64,000 nucleotides of DNA. Source: Strigamia acuminata. Taxonomy: Eukaryota. The position numbers were made by a program, and so were the translations under genes. The stretch covers positions 4,154,001 to 4,218,000 of the forward strand of contig OX442314.1 in the NCBI GenBank assembly GCA_949358305.1. The letters run 5' to 3'. Within the stretch, counting starts at the first letter, position 1; each line of letters starts with the position of its first letter. Shown here piece by piece: positions 58,404 to 64,000 of the stretch. Under the pieces are notes generated by a model. The model was not told the DNA's origin. It saw only the letters and a program-made list of their open reading frames with translations, and searched no databases.

Positions 58404-61367
58404 CTACTAATGCCTCGTTAGACTACATTGTGTTGGATTCTGAAGCAATTGCAGAGATTTTCTACTGCATTAATGATAAAAGCAGTGTGTTTCAATGAGC
58501 GCACAAGCTAAATAAAATTGTCGCTGCTGTTACAGTTGAAGGTTGAACACGGCTCAATGCCCCTTTTTTGTCTGAGAATAGAATACAAGAAAAAGAGAGT
58601 CCAAAATGGCGTTATATGGCCACCAATTTGAGGAGGAACTAAAGCACTGTGCTTCAGATTAAGGATGATGAGGATATTATTTAAGAAGTTAAAAAATTTG
58701 AAATTTGAAAATTAAAAAGAAAAAATATAATTTTCTAAAGCTACAAGATGCCGCCCAAAGGAAACCTCAGCTGCAACTGACCGTCGCCATAACGCGTATG
58801 AACAAAATTTGAAATTGTAATTTATTTTATTACATCATTCCTTTTAGTATTGTAAGAATTATTCCTTGAATTAAATAAATAGCGCTACGCAAGGATTTTA
58901 TCGCTTTTTAGTCATTTTTTTGTAAACAATTTTATCGCTTTTTGTTCAATTATGTATGTAAATAATCTTTTGTTTTTTTAGTGGCAGTTGCCCACATAAT
59001 GAAGATTGTTAGAAGTTTTGACCATCTCCTGAATCACGCCTGCTTAACAAGACAAATCTTTTGGCAATTAGTAATTACCAAGTTCAATCCTTCAGAATTA
59101 CCAAGCAGTAGAACAGCTTTAAAAAAGGTCCTTATCAAACGGTGCAAGGAGGAATACCTCAGAAACATGCAGTTGCAGTGTGTGGAGCAGGAATAAAATT
59201 AATAAATATATACGATTTGTGCCTAGGAAATTGAAATTAAATTTAATTAAAAGAGAGAGAGAAAGAGAGAGAGAGAATCAACTCAGCCACTTCAAATGGG
59301 ATTAATTAGGATGAGCAAGGTTGGAAAGCATTCATACTTAGAATATATTTATGGAAACCCACTATACGATCCAACATGGCTGCTGAACCTATTCCAAACC
59401 CCTTGCAGAGTCTGGTCAGCTACAGTACAGAAATGCAAGTCAATCACCATGTGGTCAAGGAGAGGAAAGAAAGGAAAAAGGAGCATAATGTGATTAACAT
59501 TCCTGAGTTTGCCCAGACATTAACCAAGCACATTCCAGATAACAGATTGGAGAGCAAAAAGGAGAAATTGCGTTGTAAATAAATTTTTCTAACAAATTTA
59601 CAAAAAAAGATTGTATTTTTTTTATTTGAGGTATTAGTCGCTTTTTGCATGGCCGGTATAGATAGAAGCAAAATTACTCGAAAGGAATGTCAAAATTATT
59701 ATCCTTGATGGTGGGAAGATTTATAACAGTAAGCGCAAGTAAATTTACATATTTAAACTGTTGGATTTAAAGCAATTTGTTCAGTTTACACTTATTGTTT
59801 GTATGGTGTACCAAATGGCCCATTTGGCAAGTATTGATCGACGGGAGGATTTCGAACACAGACAAATAGTTGAGAAATTTGATGTTGAGCGAAATAAAAT
59901 TCATAGTTCAATACGAAATTTAAATAAGTTTACTATGTTTTTGTAATAAATTAAAGGATGAGGACTTTTCTGCTGGAAATTGAGTTTTCTGTCTAAAAAT
60001 TTGAATTTTTATCTGAAAAAATTCTTGCTGAAAAAATTCAATTTTTGGCTTAAAAAAAATTAATTTCTAGTTAAAATTTATCATCACATTATTGTATGAT
60101 GTAGCAAATGGGTTACCATACTTGTGCTCACTTTAGCGCTGAGCAAAGTACTACTTGGAACGAAAAAACATTTTTCCTCACTGAAACCAAACGGGATGGA
60201 AAGCTACAGAATAAAGCTCAATGCCAGATTATAGTGGAGCTCAAACCCAAGCAAAGGGACCCAATAATTGATTTGATATATTCATCATTATTATATGTGA
60301 TTATTTCTGTAGAAATTATTTGCAAGAGGTTGAAGAAAGTATGAATGAACATACACGACTTCAAAAACCAACATTTTTTTAACATTCTGTTCATTTCTGT
60401 TTATTTAATTTAATCAATCAATAATTAATTGATTGATTCTGGACGAAGCAGCTCCAGAAACATGGCAGAAAACCATGACAACATGAATTATAAGAAAATA
60501 ATAATAATAAATAAATTATTCTTCACCATTGGATATTATCTGCAGACCACTTCACATGAATAGTAAAATGTGCATTTTTACAGTGAAAATTATTTTTCTG
60601 CAGAGTCTGGTCAGCTACAGTACAGAAATGCATCAAGTTTATATAGTTTAAGCGAATTAGTGAACTCCAATGCAGTCTTACAACATCAAATAATTTGTGA
60701 CCATCTTTCACCAAAAACAAAAAAAAAGAAAGAAACAAACTGCATTTTGTTGCAAGAGAAAACGAAAGTTCTTTCCATTCAGTTATTAGGCATAAGATTC
60801 AGCAAACTGGAACCAAGTCAGCTGCACAAAAGACCCTTATATAGTCCAATACAAAAGCAAATAAAAGAAATTCAACTGCACCCAAAATCTCAGCATTCTG
60901 TTCCATTAGGCCTAGGACTAAGGACTAATATTTGCAAGAAATATATCACGAATTCAAGGATGAATGAAACAAACCTGTGTTTTGAATAAATTTCCTTCGC
61001 GATAGAGAAATACAAAAAGAAAAAATAAACTCTGCATCCTGTTGCAAGAGAAAGCCAATTGGAACAAAAATCCATTCAGTCATTAAGCCTAGAATTCAGC
61101 GCTAATACCGAAATATTAAAACGAACGAACGATCGATCGATCGATCTTACTGAAAAATGAACTGTGGTCCTTACAAGAATTCTAGGATGAATGGAATACG
61201 ACCTGCACAACTGAAAACCATCAAAATGGAAATAGAAAAACGATGAGAAAAGAACAAGTCAAGAACGAGGCGAACCAAAGTGAACAATGGCCGACAACGA
61301 TCGAGAGACGTAACACGAGACACGAGACAGCACATCAAAGAATTGACAATAAACAAATGTAAGACAC

Positions 61368-62145
61368 ACAAAGTGTTAAAACTTACAATTCAATCTGGTG
61401 GTAATTCAAGGTGTAATAAAAATTAACTACAGTTATTATTATATTAAAATATTTTGCTAATTAACCCTAGCAGTACAAACCTAAAACAAAAATGCTTTCT
61501 CACCAAACCCGGGTCGTTTTTGGGCCAACAAAGATGTGTTTAAGCGTCCCATTTCATTCAATTAGTTTTATATTTATTTTGAATCTAATTTCAGTTATTT
61601 TGTTATTTTTGGATCAAATAACGTGGAAATTCCCGAAACTTAGTTCAAATTTTGTTGCAATTTGTGATCAAATTTGACTATTTCTAAACAAATTTTATCG
61701 ACATTTTTACAATTTTTTGACAAATTTCACGGAAATTCTAATTTAATCACTACAAATTAGTTCCCTCATAAAAAAATATACTGAATTGACACATGAATGC
61801 AATTTCCTTAAATAAAACGTTTGTTAAGAATTTATTTGTCCAATATTTATTTCAAATTCCATCAATCGTACATGGACTCAATTTCGTCTCTCGGAAAATC
61901 ACGAAAAACATCGGCCAACATGTGTTTCCCTATCTCTGAACCGCGCACTTGAATGGTGTAACACGCCGTCTCCACTTTGGCCAGCGACTGCTTGAGCGTG
62001 CTCAACTTCCGCGTGATTTCTCGCGGACCTTGGTTGCCCACGCCGACAAAACCGTCGTAAATATTGCGCAGAAAGCCGCATAACTCGAACGGCATCTTCA
62101 CTTGATCCACGCTCCCGATCGCGCTGATGCACTTGCGCATCAATT
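61368..62145 (-). pseudogene. TSNAX: Diverged duplicate of GCC1 3' tip + intergenic DNA + TSNAX terminal exon fragment (61862-62143)
   Basis: VKTYNSIWW* on + at about 61374-61404; [10 protein letters not shown]...[15 protein letters not shown] on minus; intergenic sequence aligns with about 7390-8355. Confidence 0.85.
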
Positions 62146-62389
62146 TGTTAATGCAAAATGCCTTTCTACAACTTGTTTTCTTTTATTTCTAGTCCTGAAA
62201 AACAAAGAAAAAAGTGTGCATCATTCCTTTTGGTATTGTAAGAATTATTCCTTGAATTAAAGTAAGTGATTTGAGAAAACTTGGTTCTATTATTATTGTT
62301 ATTAAAATATTGTATAAGTCTTGTTTAAGCATCCGCCATCTTAGAGGATGTATGTAAGGAATTAATAAACTTTTTTGGCCGTAACATGT

Positions 62390-63937
62390 TGTGACGATTC
62401 TACTTTTGGCTGAATAATTAGCCATTGCAAGAGATAAATCGGTTTAAACAAGACATTTCTACAACTAGAAATAACCTAACCGAGATAAGCTACGGAAGTC
62501 TGTACAACGTGAGTATGTGATCAAATATAATAACTTACGATTTTCGTGTGATACAATTACATGTTTATTAACATTACAACTGGGTTGGGGTTCTGGATAA
62601 GTGTAACGGCGGCTACACTGGTTGAGGATCCGGGCGATGCTGTTCGAGTGGTGCGGCTGACTTTGCGGCATCGTCACAGTTAGCGCTACGGAGACGTATT
62701 CGGTCCCGCAGCTCGGATATCTATTGATACGAAGAGTCCTTCGTATTTAGTCGGGAATATTCATTAGAATATTCCGTATTCAAATCATCAAAACATTATT
62801 AAGTATAATATAACAAATGAATTGTTATATTGTTATTCTATGGACGGGGACAGTCACGACAGTCGAGGGGACCATCGCGGGAGCTGTTGAGACTCCATCC
62901 GCCAGCATGCCTTACGACGACAAGATCTCGTGATCAGGCGCCGAGTATTTGTTTTCTGCGTAAGTCGCTTTCAGTGGTACCAACCACTGGGTAAACAGTT
63001 CCTGGGGGACTACCAGATCGGCATTACCAATACCCGAGTGTTTGTTTAGCGCAAGGTATGAATGCAATTGCTCACGGGCCACCAACCCGGTGCGTCGCCT
63101 GTGAATAAGGCTTTTACCGACCTCGAACAAGTCTTGCCCACTTAACGGAAGGGCCAATGCACTGCATCGGAACCCTGGGAAAATAGTTTGCCCGCATTTG
63201 TTTGACGGGTTTGACTTCCCGTATATGTGCTCTGGCAGAGCATCTGACCTATGATCGGAGAATCTCGCAGATAGATGCGACTATCACCGATCATATATTT
63301 TGATATTTGTTTAACAGTGTTAATCAATCCCGTGCATGGACGATATACTATGTCACCGTACGAAATCCTACTGCTCCTTAGAACAGCTGGCTAGCGCTAC
63401 GGGACCATTTGGTTACCGGAGTTAGTCTTCCCGAAATGACGCTACAACGAAGAATAGCACAATAGTATTGAATACATATTGACTGAGACAACGAGGGGGC
63501 CCGATGTGTCGATAAGAAAGAGAGAAATCAAACGATAACCAACAATACATACAAACATACAGAAAACAAGCCGAAGGTCTGGTGGCAAACCAGAGCTTAT
63601 ATAGTTCGAGAGAACAATCAGATTAGCGACAGCCAATCAGACGTCAGAATCCATGGATTCGTGGATCACTAGTCCGGACCTAATATTGAACTGGGTCCAG
63701 AAGAGTCCGATTGGTTCTCTTCAAAAGGTAAGTACAACAGGATATTGATTCGATAGAATCAATATCTCAAGTAAATAATACTTAGTTGAGTCTAATAAAA
63801 TACTGTATATTTTATTCGCAACGTTTATATTAATTCTTTAATATAACTCGTAACTTTATCGAGTTTAAACTGCGCGCGTTAGATAAACAGCGCCACCTAG
63901 TGTGAACATTGGATAATACGGTTTTATAACCGTCACA
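62390..63937 (-). mobile_element. Solo LTR, family D (1548 bp)
   Basis: TGTGACG...CGTCACA termini, TSD ATGT (62386-62389 / 63938-63941), uninterrupted paralogous site at about 33840-33910. Confidence 0.88.
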
Positions 63938-64000
63938 ATGTGGTTCTCGAAAATAGAGCAAACTTGTTTTCATCTAAGACAATAAGATCGGTTCAAACTA

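Overview
Eukaryotic (invertebrate/arthropod-like; AT-rich, short GT-AG introns) window dominated by nested Ty3/Gypsy LTR retrotransposons. Family A has a partial copy (1-2774) and a full copy (9598-27735) that lacks integrase. Family C (34835-58403) has an intact pol and a nonsense codon in gag. Both carry a non-Env third ORF, and these ORFs share a short motif block. Each full element is interrupted by a copy of a 9.4-kb non-autonomous family B element (15276-24703 and 38817-48220) with 1.9-kb LTRs, a tandemly duplicated tRNA-Gln PBS, no gag/pol and one novel 497-aa ORF. Also present: a 1.55-kb solo LTR, a deleted Tc1 element and a Helitron-like end. Host sequence comprises an intact 8-exon GCC1 gene, an ACP7 pseudogene, two TSNAX 3' fragments, a cytoplasmic dynein heavy-chain fragment and a mosaic of repeated exon-like modules. 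Gene and domain calls are from recalled motifs and by-eye comparison; no database search was run.
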